A model generated the notes under the pieces. It was not told where the DNA came from. It did not search any database and worked only from the letters and a program-made list of their open reading frames with translations. Position numbers and translations under genes: made by a program. A stretch of DNA of 64,000 bases from Oculina patagonica (taxonomy: Eukaryota), in the NCBI RefSeq assembly GCF_052425735.1, contig NC_135768.1, positions 15,562,001 through 15,626,000 on the forward strand. Reading direction: 5' to 3'. Shown one piece after another: positions 25,225-37,264 of the stretch; position 1 is the stretch's first letter, and each line of letters begins with the position of its first letter.

Positions 25225-26335
25225 AAAAATTAAGTCGAGAACGTTAAATAGCTCCGCGGCGCGTTTTTGAGTAGACACTGGGAGGGGCTTTGAAGTGAAT
25301 CAAAATTGTTGCGAAGTCATCAATTAGAAACAGCTGGCCTCAAATAAAAGAGGAGCATTTAGTGAGTTTTAGAAAGTTTTAATCACTGTTTAATAGAAAG
25401 TCCCTAAAGAATCAAATCAACGGTATGTCCCTATGTGACCATGCAAACTTTACAGTAAATGGATGATCTGACTTTCAGGGCCGTACCTAGCGGTGGGGAG
25501 TGGGGACAGTGCGCCGGGTTGTCCGGGGGGGGGGGGGGCCCCCCAAAAAAAAGAAGCCATTTTGTATTTTAAGCTTTTATTCCGTTGAGTGGTGGGGGAC
25601 AGGAGGGCAGGAACCCGGGAGAAAGGGGGCGGGAAGTGGGATTCTAAGGTGTTGGGAACAGGGAGAGTGAACGAGTAAAATTTCGCAACATTTTTATATA
25701 TTTCGCAATAGATATGGGACAAAGAGAAGAGAACCACTACATAAAGGGGCGGGAACCGGGAGTGAAAGGTACGGGTGACGGGAGGTTCAGACTGCCCCCC
25801 CCCCCTGTTCCCCTCCACAATTGACGTTGCAAACTTGGTAGGATTGCAACTTTTAAGGTAATTTATCGGACGGTGATAATTATTTTGAGTTATTGAATTA
25901 ATTTTAACAATTTGTTCCCAGGACCTATTTTCTTTACTTATCAGGTCTTATTAGGCAAGTCCTACAAGCGCCAAAGGCACAAACCTCTAGGGGTGGGGTT
26001 CAGGGTCTGTGGGCATTACCAGTTACCACAGAAAATTTTAAATCTAGAAGCTCTCAGTTCAGCATTCTTCGTTCTTCTTCAGTACAGGGTATTCTCAAGA
26101 AAATCAGTCTTGTTCAAGAAGAAATGGCACATATCTTTTATTGCTTACAACATTTATATCAACCAGTAGGCCATGCAGACACTGGTATCAAGTTGATAGC
26201 AATGCCATTCTTGTTTATTCTCTTTTTACCCCACCACAACCCCCAGTCCTTTGTCCTCCCTTGCTAGTCACATCCCAGGGTTGTGGTGGAGGCCTGTTTT
26301 TCATATTTCAGCATTTAAGGTCGCATTTAAAGCAT

Positions 26336-26555
26336 TGTGTGGCACCAGGAAATACCCATACCCACCCCAAGGAAGGTCATTGGAAATTCTGAAGGGGGGT
26401 GGGGGGTTGAGGGGGTGAGGGGGGGAAGGGTCAAAGCGTACAATTTTAATGAAAAGTATGAAGCTAAACTGGAATTTCCAGAGGGATGGGAGGGGTGGGT
26501 TCATACCAAAAAAACCTTCCAAGTGAGGGGTATGAATATTTTCTGGAACAACACA
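26336..26555. mobile_element. MITE
   Basis: Imperfect TIRs TGTGTGGCACCAGGAAATACCCATACCC / GGGTATGAATATTTTCTGGAACAACACA; a related copy lies at ~39950-40120. Confidence 0.65.
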
Positions 26556-27369
26556 TTTGAATACAATTTGTATGCTATATATATGATAATAAATAATACA
26601 TTCACTGGAATAGTACAAGCATCAAATTATATACCCTGTAGATAATAATTATATTATTAAATTTAGTTATTAAATAATATAAATAGATGTCCAGCTGCCA
26701 TTATCATTTGTGCTTGCAACACACTGTTACTCATTTTCTTCAAAATGGTAACAAGGCTATGGCTAGTTTTACGGCAAACTCATACTTTCATACATTAGAA
26801 TCCTAGCTAGATTATAGCATAATTTGCTTCATATAGGACTAAGAATCAACTTAGTGCTTTTATAATTCAAGATATTCTATGCCTTTCTGTGCCTAGCATG
26901 AGTGAGTCAAACTTGAAAGTCTCTGTAAAAATCTGCAGATTAACATACATGCTTAAAAAAAACACTACTGCTGTCTGCAGGCTTATCCCCCCAAGAAAGT
27001 AAATGTTTTCTACAATAAAATTTTTCAAAACTCATGGGACATGAGTACAAACATGTACATTGTTGTTCAAGCAATGATTGCAATCAATCAAAATACAGGC
27101 ATCTCAGGCCTACTTGTGGCAAAATATAAGGATTTGTATACTTTATCACCAATATGGGCAGAGAAACAGAAAATAGCTGCTGCATATGTAGTCATATTGG
27201 GCTACTTGCTTCATAAAGTAAAATGGTATTAAAAGCACCTTTTTACGTGAATTGAAAATGGTGTAATTTTAGGTTATGTCTGTGGTCCTGGATATATCAA
27301 CATTATGCTCTTGTAGTTTTGTTTTTATTTAAATAATACACTTTGGTAAATTTTGCAGTATGCAGCGTC

Positions 27370-27635
27370 CGGGGGGGGGGGGAGTCGCATATGAAATTGA
27401 CAGGGATGCTCATCGTCTCGCTAAGGGGTGTAAATTTTGATTTTTGGTCTCGCTTAGGGTGTTTCGGGCAAAATGGCAATATTTTTTGTCATAATGGTCT
27501 CGTTTAGGGTTACACACGAAGAAATATACAAATATTAATTCTATTCTTAGTGTTTTGTCTCTTTTAGGGGTTCTTTTCAAAATTTCCGACGAGCATCCCC
27601 ATCAGTTTCATATAGGAGTCCCCCCCACCCCCAGG
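27370..27635. mobile_element. MITE with G-run/C-run TIRs and 8-bp TSD GCAGCGTC
   Basis: GGAGTCGCATATGAAATTGACAGGGATGCTC versus GAGCATCCCCATCAGTTTCATATAGGAGTCC; TSD at 27362-27369 and 27636-27643. Confidence 0.75.
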
Positions 27636-28341
27636 GCAGCGTCTTGCTGGTAATAAAGCAACACGAACAACAGCTGGTGGAAATCTGGCATCTCTCTAAC
27701 TAACTAACCCTTGTCTGTTTTTTTTTTTGCTGCCGTTCTTTGCATTGCTCCCCTAACATTGCTGCTTACTGCCATAGTTAGCAGCAGATTGGGAATAATA
27801 ATAAAAATAAATATTTGTTAACTAAACTCTATTAAGCTCGATCCTCCCCTCAACCCCTTGCTCGCGCTAATTTATTTTCAAGTTAGAATGTTTGGGAAGG
27901 GCTTGATTAAAGGGGGGGGGGAGCACTTGTTTAAGTCAGCAAAATGCCAGAAGGTTACCAGTTTGTGACTCATTCTTTTGAACTGGCAATTCATAAACTC
28001 TAGCATGTGTATAAACCACATTTTGATTGGTGATGCGTAATTTTCAAGATTAAAATTATACAATTTGTTTTAAGTACCAGCAGCACAAATATTTCCACTG
28101 AAGTTTGTGAGTACTGAACAAAAAATTAGTACCTGAATTGGCGAGGTATCATTTGCACCTTATCTTTTTAGTTGTGAAGAGAAAATGGGTGTGAGCTGGG
28201 AGGGAGGAGGGGAGGGCCAAATTTTTTTTGTTCCAATGCGGGGAGGGGGAGGGGTTGTACTTGAGAAGGGCATAAATAGAGGATTTATAGTAAGTAAATA
28301 ATAATATTATTGTCAAATACAACAAACATCACTAATGTCCT

Positions 28342-30375
28342 TCAGTTGGGCTGCATCCCTGCTGAATGTTTCAGTACCTCAACAAGCTGTCTCAGAAATA
28401 CAAGCAATCGGTACGATTGAGATTGCATCTCAGACTCTGAAATGTCACCCACTTCTTGTTCTCTTCCTGAGGCATTTGCAGGCAGATCTGGGGACTGAGC
28501 ATTCACAGACTGTTCTGCTAATTTGTCAAGAAAAGCTCTGGATTGAGTTAAAGGCAATTCCTTGTTCTGAGTCAGAATCATGGCTGTTTGACGCAGAACT
28601 CGATCACCCAGTTCCTTTGGTAAAGGCCCCAGTTCACAAACTGTAGTTATCAGGCATTCCAAAGTATCTCTTTGACCTCGTTCTAGCTTCTTCACAGCTT
28701 CTATAGGGTCATCAATGCTTCCTTCTAATAGTGACACTTCTTTCTCACCAAGAACAGGTTCTGCCAAGTCACCTAACCAAGCCCACAACAGGCGAGTTAG
28801 AACCCATGGATCACTTTCGGTGTGTATTTCCTCCCAACAAGCTGAGCTGTTGAGTTTTCGTTTGATTCTCTCAGTTCTGCTATGAACACTGCTATCAGCG
28901 CAGGCACTCGATGCCAAAGACTTCGCCACTTGGATTCTGTCACTTTCTGTCACTTTTTCATTTTCCTTTAAAGGGAATAGGGGACCACTGACTTCACTCG
29001 CTGCTGAGTTATTATCACTGGAATCAAAACTTTCACTGTGTGTCTTTTTCACTTTTTTGGTTTTTGCCTTATTTTTCTTTCTGCTTGATAGGTTAAGTGG
29101 TTCTAATTGCACACGATGAGGCTTCATTTCATCAGGAGGTACCAAAGTTGGAGCTGAACCACTCCTTCTACGGGTTCCTATATTTAAGGGTCTTAGTAGT
29201 CCGCCATCCAAACTGCCCTCCCCAGAAAGTTCAACATGATCCCCTTTTGCAGTATCATCTTCCAGTGCATCGCAGCTTTCAGTGTGGTGAACTTGTGAGG
29301 CCTCAAGTGGTGGAAGACAGGAATCTACATAAGGGTTGTGTCGTAAGGAATCGGCAACATTCTCTGTCAGAGTTGTTTGAAGAGATTCTTTTACATTGTC
29401 CTTACTAGCATCACTTTCATCTACTTCAGCGAAAACAGCTTTCACTTCCCGAGAGAGTGTCCATCTTAAAGGAGCATTTTCCCCCTTTACGCCTGCCACT
29501 TCTAATAGTCGACTGCAACACACGTACACCAGCTTGGGGATATGTTTCAGGATCCTAGACTCCATACCATGCAGAACTAGTCTCTGACGTTTAAGGTATT
29601 GCTGTAAAGTAAATGGTTTTGCGCTGGAAGCACACGATGCATAGACAACCCACAGATGGTGTAGGAAGTTTGTGAAGTCAATAACACATTGAATCTGACC
29701 TCGCGTCTGCACAGCTTTTGGCCTGTTTGATCTCACTTTGTGTATCGCCTCCTCTGCGCCAATCCTCTCAGACCAGACCAGGTAGCAGGCAATAAGTACT
29801 CCAGTCCTGCCGAGTCCAGCATGGCAATGAACTGCAGCCTTGCCTTCCTTGATAGCAAATGACATTACCTTAACCATATCAAGAATTGACTCCAAAGATC
29901 TGACCCCATAATCATTCCATCCAAAATTGTAGAAGAAAATATCTTCCTTCATAAAATCTTCAGGAATGTAGGAAAAGCCACTATCAGACTCAAGGCCAAA
30001 GCCACAACTGTTATGTTCCCCGGGATGTTGCAGGTTAATAAGCGATTTAATTCCCATCTCGGAAAATTGCCTAATGACATCATATTTCTTAATGACCTCC
30101 GTAGATGGCCTTGCCGTGGCCAAAATCTCTGGGGTAACCCAAGAAGAATACAGCCCATTTACCGCCATTTCTTCGCCTTTCATCTTGGTAGGGTTTTCAT
30201 ACTTGCATTGCTTACCGCCGCAAAACATTGAGCATTGAACCGCACTCGGCGTAACGTGCCGAAAGTGCTCAGAAATTCGCGAATATTTCGGCCCGGCATC
30301 CTTCTTCGGCAATTCTGTCAAACCGTCCACAGTCCATTTTACTTCTCCCGAGGAATTAGCTTTACTGTTATCCAT
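28342..30375 (-). CDS. PTPDC1: Protein tyrosine phosphatase domain-containing protein 1, intronless CDS, 677 aa
   Basis: Catalytic VHCHAGLGRTG; N-terminal QCSMFCGGKQCKYENP, GLYSSWVT, ARPST, FYNFGWNDYGV and QTRGQ motifs typical of PTPDC1. Confidence 0.93.
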   Translation of the reverse strand: MDNSKANSSGEVKWTVDGLTELPKKDAGPKYSRISEHFRHVTPSAVQCSMFCGGKQCKYENPTKMKGEEMAVNGLYSSWVTPEILATARPSTEVIKKYDVIRQFSEMGIKSLINLQHPGEHNSCGFGLESDSGFSYIPEDFMKEDIFFYNFGWNDYGVRSLESILDMVKVMSFAIKEGKAAVHCHAGLGRTGVLIACYLVWSERIGAEEAIHKVRSNRPKAVQTRGQIQCVIDFTNFLHHLWVVYASCASSAKPFTLQQYLKRQRLVLHGMESRILKHIPKLVYVCCSRLLEVAGVKGENAPLRWTLSREVKAVFAEVDESDASKDNVKESLQTTLTENVADSLRHNPYVDSCLPPLEASQVHHTESCDALEDDTAKGDHVELSGEGSLDGGLLRPLNIGTRRRSGSAPTLVPPDEMKPHRVQLEPLNLSSRKKNKAKTKKVKKTHSESFDSSDNNSAASEVSGPLFPLKENEKVTESDRIQVAKSLASSACADSSVHSRTERIKRKLNSSACWEEIHTESDPWVLTRLLWAWLGDLAEPVLGEKEVSLLEGSIDDPIEAVKKLERGQRDTLECLITTVCELGPLPKELGDRVLRQTAMILTQNKELPLTQSRAFLDKLAEQSVNAQSPDLPANASGREQEVGDISESEMQSQSYRLLVFLRQLVEVLKHSAGMQPN

Positions 30376-30499
30376 TGAGATTTAACTGTTCAAATCCTAC
30401 TAGCAGCTGTGTATATCAAACCACTCAAAGCTTGAATAGTTCCTTGTATAAAAACATGACTCAGTAGTTGTCAGCCATTTTGTCTTTTTATTTGGGCTG

Positions 30500-30512
30500 G
30501 TTTCCAAGGAAC
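30500..30512 (-). promoter_or_regulatory. Candidate RFX X-box upstream of PTPDC1
   Basis: GTTCCT-T-GGAAAC on the minus strand, ~125 bp upstream of the ATG; YY1-like AAAATGGCTG at ~30472-30481. Confidence 0.5.
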
Positions 30513-30625
30513 CACAGAGCCCGCGATTGTTTTGGTCACTCGAAGGTCACCGAACCAGTAGACACGTTATGTATGTTGGCACGTTTTGTCCGATACGCCC
30601 TTCTTTAGTGATTGTACTTTAATAT

Positions 30626-30798
30626 CAGGCGCGGATCTAGGGGGAGGGTGCAGGGGGTGCGCGCAATCCCCCTCCCCGCTGAGATTTCCTGCAGCTTTCT
30701 AATACAACATGTATTCTTCAAAAAAAAAAGAAGAAGAAAAATGCCATTCCTTAGTGGTGCCCCCCTCCTCAGAGAAAAAAACCCTGGATCCGCCCCTG
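30626..30798. mobile_element. Short MITE with hAT-like CAGG..CGGATC TIRs
   Basis: CAGGCGCGGATCTAGG / CCTGGATCCGCCCCTG; no clean TSD. Confidence 0.65.
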
Positions 30799-32822
30799 TG
30801 TACACACCACAGGCAGACCTGTGTACACACACAAGAAAATGAAGCGGGGAAAACATTTTTGCAGTGAGGCATACCCCTATTAGCCCGCTACAAAAAACCC
30901 CGGGATGCCCCCTCATTTTAATAGCTAAAACAGTTGGGGGGGAAGGGGAGGGGGGGGAACAAGGTGTAGAAACCCGGTTGTAAAGGGAGTGGGAACTCTA
31001 CGGGAGTCAGAAGAAGAGGTGGGGGAGGGGGATTTTCAAAGTGGTGGGAACAGAGAAAAAAAAAAATAAAAAAAAAAATAAAAACTTTGCCCCCACCCCC
31101 AATGTATTCAGGTCAGTGAAAGGGATGGAGATGCTACCGGTCTTTAGTTAAGCAAGACAACAGCAGCCTAAGCAGCTTAGGGGTGTAAAGTATGGAATGT
31201 GCCTGGGGATTGTAGTCTCACTTGCATTGTACATGTATATAACTTGGGGTATATTCAGGACAGAATGCCAATATTTGTACAAGCCGTTGACGTCTGGTTT
31301 AGAGTTTTACAAAAAATATAAAACGCTGTCATACTGGCCAGTTGACAGTCTAGACCGATCTAGCCTCCTACTGCGTCATTCTTAGAGGCAGGTTCATATT
31401 TCACCTCCTCCGGGCCAGGAGTGAAACATGATCGCCCCTAAAAAGACTGGGTGGGAGGCCAAGACCGATCAGGCAAAAAAGATATTCTTTTGGATTACAA
31501 AATGCTGAGCCACACCCAGAAAGGTTTCTATTAGGGCTTTAATTCAAATCTTGTGATGAACATCCCATCTTTTTTATATGAGAATCCCCCCACGGGCCTA
31601 TGATATGAGAGAAGCGAAATAAGTTCAATGATATACTGAATTGAGTTGAGTGTTGGTTGGGGGGGGGGGGGGCAGTACACCCTACATGTATAATGGACTA
31701 TTTTTTATGGGGAGGGACCTTCGTAGTCTGAATTAGCCCCCCGGGGGGGGGGGGGGGGGGGGGGGGGGCCCCCGCCCCCGGGGGGGGGGGGGGCAAAGGG
31801 GTTATAGGAATTTCACAAAGGGCAAGAGGAAAACTGTCATTTAGGTTTTGAAAGGGCCTTTATTTATTAAGTTCAATCTAAGGGTAAAGGACAGGAATGT
31901 CACTTTTGGTTTCTTTTTCTGTCAAAATGGTATATAATGGTATATATTTGGACACTGGGGTGGAGCATCCTTTGTATCGGGGCATGTAAGACTCTATTGA
32001 GTGACCCCCCTCCCCTCCAGGGTGTCGACAGTTGTAGTAATGCTATTGGAAAGCATGGTGTAAAGAAAACAGCCACATGTAGTTAATATCTAATGCTGAG
32101 TTCAAGAATCACTTTATTCCAACTAGGATTGTCTCACATAACATTATTACTCAACACTGTATTTACAATGTAATTTTGAACAGATTAAATAAACTGTTAC
32201 CATGTAATTACAGTAGAACATTAATTTCCACTTTGCAAAAGCGATACCAATTAAATACCACAGAAAAGTGTTTATATCTAATGCATGAAATCCAGGCTTC
32301 AATATAAAAGTGAGATTTCAATATTGAATGATAATTTCAATCAAGTCAAGAAATTGGTTGGAAGTGCCATTTGCACATTCTGCTTTCAAATGGTTTAACA
32401 GGATTTTCACATATTCAACCCTGAAGTTATTTATTTGTTGTTTTCTACTGTCCTATACAATTTTGAAATCCACATAATTAATTTGACACTCAGAAACTAT
32501 GGAAGACTAAGCACCAGCTCTCAGCACCAGGATATTACCGACATTGTTTAGGATTAATCCTGTGATTGGTCAATTAGAACCATTTTTGAAAACCATTGAC
32601 CAACGATGACAACTTGTGTTAATAACCCAATTGTAGAACTCCTAGTGCCAAAAGCTGACACTCAGTATCTCTGAAGATTCTGAAGTGGTGAATAACAGAA
32701 GACTCGAACTATGCCCTATTTTTGACAGGAAAAAATTTCTGAGGTGGTATTCTACAAGACTAGTAAGCCCCTTAAAAGTGAATTCACCTGGGAATGAAAC
32801 CACATATGTAAGTATATTATGG

Positions 32823-35800
32823 TTAAAACTCCTCATCAATGGATCTAACTTTCTTTGGTTTAGTAAGCTTCTGCAACATTTCATCCCCTACACTTGACGT
32901 AAACCTCTGTGCTACACTATCAAGCCCTGCTGACATTGCTAAATCATAAGCAGTCTGACCAGCATCATTTGCAACGTTAGTCCGTGCACCCAATCCTAAC
33001 AGTGCATCGATGCATTTGACCCCATCTGCACCCAGAAGAACTGCTTCATGAAGTGCGGTATTTCCTTTTGCAGTACTCTTGGTGTTAAGTTTAGCACCTG
33101 CGTTCACCAAAGGTGGAATACTGTCTGCATGCTTATTCATAGTTGCAAGAATGATAGCTGCGATGCCATCAGATGATTCACATTCAGGATTAGCTCCTTC
33201 ATCAAGCAATCTTTGCACTTCTTCATCTCTTCCTTCACCTTTTGGTCCGATCTCCTTGAGTAACAACCTATCCTGTTCACTTAGTTTAACTTTACCGTTC
33301 TCTTTCCCTTTTCTTTTTTGCTTCTTTCCCTTCGCTGTTGTTCTTAAACCATTTTGAGTCTGTTTCCTGCTTGCTCTCAAATCCTCCTTGCTACCTGACT
33401 CAGATCTGTACAGATTTAAAGCTCTCAAGCTTGAAGAGAGGGCTTTTGATTTTTCCTTCCACATTTCCTTGCCATCTCTCCTTGCAAAAGTTACTGTAAC
33501 TGTGACTTCTTCCCCGTTGAGGTCTTCGTGAATAGTTGCAGTGATTATCTTCCCCAGTCTTGGCTCACCAATGGTAGATCTGAAGTCAGGATTATTTTGT
33601 GCATGTGCACGAATGTGTGAGCAGACGTGGTCCATCTGTTGGCGCCAAAAACCTTTACCGGGACTAACTGCCGCAAGTGCTGGTCTACGGTCTCTGGAAG
33701 CATCAAGGCGAGTTCGCTCCTGGGCTTCCAACTCAACTTGGGATTGGATGCTAGTTGCTGAGGGATAGAACAGGCCTGTTGTAGATGTTGCTGTAAGAGA
33801 AAAAAAGTTAACATTAGCTTATGACTTGCTAGAACTGACCTCAAGGATAATCTTTGGTCTATAAAAAGGCAAATGTTTTAAAGATCATAATTTCCTAAAA
33901 TAACTAGTACATATAATAAAGTGCAAGTATTTCTCTATTTTAGGCTTCTTTTTGTTACAAAAATGTTTAGGGAGGCATGCTGGTGACCTATTTTTACATG
34001 CTGGACTCCAGAACCAACAGTCAGGTTTCAGCTCTAAGGGCCTGTTTATATGGAGGAGAGTTGTCCCTGGTAGGAGGGTTACCCTCTCCCCCGAGCCATT
34101 TTTGCCGTGCGTTTAGATGAGAAAGTTGTCCCTGTTGACCGAGCCAAAACTTGGCCCTCTCGGTTCAAAGACTGGCGAGAGTTGTTTTGAAACATCTATT
34201 ATGGCTGCTTTTTCTAAAATCAGGAACGCTGAATCGTCGGCCAAGACCATTTTTTGACTAATTACCGCCGACTTCGATTTCAATTTATCTGCACTTTTGT
34301 TTTTGCTGATTTTAGCGTTTGCGCATGCTCCGTATGTGTCAACTTGTTCCTGGTAGGGGAGGCAAAAATAACCAAACTGTTTATATGGAAAAAAGTTGGC
34401 TCGCTCCCCAGGGTCACCCTCCCTTCAAAGCAAGTGACCCTCCACCCAGGGTCACCCTGCCCCCCGAGTCAACTTTGCAATTTCTCATATAATCGGTTCG
34501 CAGCTATTATAAAGAAACGTATGAAAAGCTCTCTCACCCGGGGTGGCTCGGTATGGAGGGTAACCCTCCTACCAGGGACAACTCTCCTCCATATAAACAG
34601 GCCCTTACTGGGTTCACTGTGTTGTTTTCTTGGGCAAGACACTTTACTCTCACAGGGCCTCAGACTCTCTAAATATAAATGGGTACCAGCAAATTAATGC
34701 CTGAATTTGAGGATAACCCTGTAATGGACTGCATGTAGCATCCAATTAAGCAAGGAGTAGAAATACTCATTGTTGCTTATTGCTTCAGAAACTGGGATTT
34801 TATTTAATTTCAATTTTATTTGTAAATATTAGAGTTAAGTAGTTTTATTTTTTTATTTTTTATTGTAAATAGTTTCTGAAAAGCCCTGTGGGGAGTTTAC
34901 TATTAAAGTTCTTATCTTATCTTATCTTATCTTATAAGCCAACCTTCCAAGTTTATTAATTTTTTTCCTTAGTGGTCATTTGGCCACCAACTGCTCAAGT
35001 TTGGTCACTAAAAAAAATTTTAGTCACTAAATTAAGCTCACACTATCAATCCTTCTTCTCAAATTTAGTTGCCAGGCTGGTGACTTGGGTTCCAATTTAG
35101 TCCCCAGCTCCAAAATTTGTGTTGCCATGGCAACTAAAATGGTCTTAACTTGGAGGGTTGTAAGCTCTTGTGGTATGGGATATCTTGGCTGATGCAGACT
35201 TCAAAATGTTTACTTCAAAAAAGGCAGGTTTGTCAGCCAACTTGTGACTGGTACTTTTCAAAATCATTGATATTTTGTAAAGAATTTCTTTAGTTAGATT
35301 AATTGTAAGTTGATAATTATTACCTTTATCTACTGTTTCTGCTGGAGTTGAAGGAATAGAAACTGGCAGCCATGTTGCGCTTTCCAACCTGCCCACTGTG
35401 TCACGAATGCTACCTCTTTCAACAACAGTTCCAATCACACTGCCTGAACTTTGTCGTGCAATTCTTGGCGGTGGTTCTATGGTACATCCACATGTATTAC
35501 AGAACCTCGCAAATGGGCTGTTTGAAGCCTGGCACTGGGAGCAGATGAGAGGACTTTGATAAGGTTGTGGTTTTGATCCACACCAGTCACAGAAACGGGC
35601 GTCACTGCTATTTACGCGGGAACACTTGGAGCACGTCATGAGGCTGCTAATAGAATCCTTGGGCATCGGTGGAGCACTCGTGCCAGTGAATATTTGTTTT
35701 GCATTGTATGGAAGCTTAGCTTCACAGGTTACACAAACTTTCAAGTCAGGTGGGTTTCCTGTGCCACATACCGAACACATCAACTTGTGTGCCAATTTCT

Positions 35801-36737
35801 TGGTCGCCTGTGGTTGACGCTGAGGTGAAATGGGTGATTCGCAGATGATGCAATTCGGAGTGTTCAGTGGTACCATAGAGTGACAGGAGACACACATACC
35901 GAGCTGCCCACCCTCAGGAGGTGGGAGTCTTGATGATGGGAGTGGAGGAATGGGAGATCCACATTCAGAGCAGAATCTTGCATAAGGATCAGATGGCCTG
36001 GGTGCTAGACAATAGATACACTTCAAGAAATCTGTGTGTTGCTGAATCTTACTTGCTTGAATCCTGTTCTCGGGACCTCGCCTGTCTTTCAGCTCACCAT
36101 CAACTTGAGTAAGAGACTGATCAGGCGTACCTAATGTTGCTTGATTTGAGCCAAATCTTGATGCTGTGAACCTAGCTTCACTTCGAGGTTTCCGAAAATC
36201 AGAACCTTTGACATTTTCCCAGTTGTCAGGTGTTGATGTGAGAAATCGTTTAGAACTACCCTCTGTCCCCCAAGCCTCTGATGTTTTTAGTTTCGAACCT
36301 TTGGCATTCTCAAGAATTTGTCCAAACAAAGTCCCAGATGAATCTCTTAAATTACCAGCTGTGGATGAGGAGATGCTTTGTTGCAATTCAGACACATTAT
36401 CCTCAGCATCCAATTCCTCTTTGCCTTCTTGTTCTTCCACCATAAAGGTCTTGGTCACAATGGAGCTTTCCCTTGTTCCATCGCTCGAAGTTGCTAACGC
36501 CTTCACAGTTCGTTTTCCTGGCCCCAAGACGAAGGGTCTGTTGTACTTGTAAGTGCATTTTATGCCAATTTGTTTAAAAGGCTCAGGCTTCATTCCATTG
36601 ATCGTGTAATAAATAAACGTATCTGGAGTTTCTGTACGGAGTTCAATGGGAGTGTGAGTGTCTACAATGTTCTTTCTTCCGCCCACTGGAACTCGCAACG
36701 GCATAATGCTGGGGACTTTGATCATACCCGCTGTCAT
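32823..36737 (-). CDS. DZANK1: Double zinc ribbon and ankyrin repeat protein 1; exons 36737-35324 and 33790-32823; 793 aa
   Basis: MTAG start, IYYTING N-terminal domain, many CxxC zinc ribbons, TGLFYPS across a phase-1 GT-AG junction, SPGKGFWRQQMDHVCSH motif, C-terminal ankyrin repeats (GNTALHEA). Confidence 0.93.
33970..34797 (+). mobile_element. Degenerate SINE with Nin/Deu-type central domain, interrupted by a MITE; related copies ~39815-40280 and ~50325-50435
   Basis: Shared core TGTGTTGTGTTCTTGGGCAAGACACTTTACTCTCAC...TATAAATGGGTACC; family assignment is from recall. Confidence 0.65.
34037..34605. mobile_element. Young MITE with ~48-bp perfect TIRs, TA/TWA target (PIF/Harbinger-like ends)
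   Basis: AGGGCCTGTTTATATGGAGGAGAGTTGTCCCTGGTAGGAGGGTTACCCTC and its exact reverse complement. Confidence 0.9.
34940..35160. mobile_element. MITE with 5-bp TSD TAAGC in the DZANK1 intron
   Basis: TIR CAACCTTCCAAGTT / AACTTGGAGGGTTG; TAAGC at 34935-34939 and 35161-35165. Confidence 0.75.
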
Positions 36738-37004
36738 CTTGAAAGTTTTTCCGTTTTAATAGCAGCCGTCAACCTGCAAATCTCGTTCCCAGCGCTTAAT
36801 TTGTAACCCGTTGTGTAACTTTGTGTTCCCTGGATCTTTCTAGAGACAACTGTACCTCGATTTTATCTGATACATGCAAAACGACGCTAAATTATAAACG
36901 CTTTCCAGAAAGAAATCTCAACTTTGAGTTGACTCGTTTGTCCTTTTAGCCGCCATTTTCCAAGCTATCCCAGAGTACTTTTTGCGCTTTGAAAACAAGG
37001 CTCT

Positions 37005-37018
37005 GTTTCTATAGCAAC
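37005..37018. promoter_or_regulatory. RFX X-box in the bidirectional promoter of DZANK1 and the orphan ORF
   Basis: GTTTCT-AT-AGCAAC fits GTHNYY-AT-RRNAAC; YY1-like GCCGCCATTTT at 36949-36959. Confidence 0.7.
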
Positions 37019-37264
37019 ACATCATAATCGGTCGGCCATGTTGAATTTTGGAAAATTGATAAAGTTTGCGCGTAAAAAGGATAAACAATCAACAATTATA
37101 TATTGAGAGGTAAATTGAGAGATTGTTTAACAAGGTTGAAGTTTTGAGGAGTTTTTGAAGAGGATGATAAAGAACGGCAAAGCGTTTTGGGAGTTTTAGA
37201 CTGAAAGAAAGTCGTCTTTTTGTCACAAGTTCCACTTGCTTTGGTAAAAGATCAGGCGATTACA

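Larger units (their letters stand above)
16365..25282. mobile_element. Old ~0.5-kb MITE split by nested insertions; pieces 16365-16711, 18520-18631, 25225-25282
   Basis: Degenerate ends (TTTACTCGAATAAGCAC ... GCGCGTTTTTGAGTAGA) and internal GAATAAG/CTCGAATAAAC subrepeats at ~18594-18620. Confidence 0.5.

Noticed and set aside
35145-35323. C-terminal ~59 aa of the 530-aa ORF
   Set aside because: Read-through into the DZANK1 intron beyond the GT donor at 35323.
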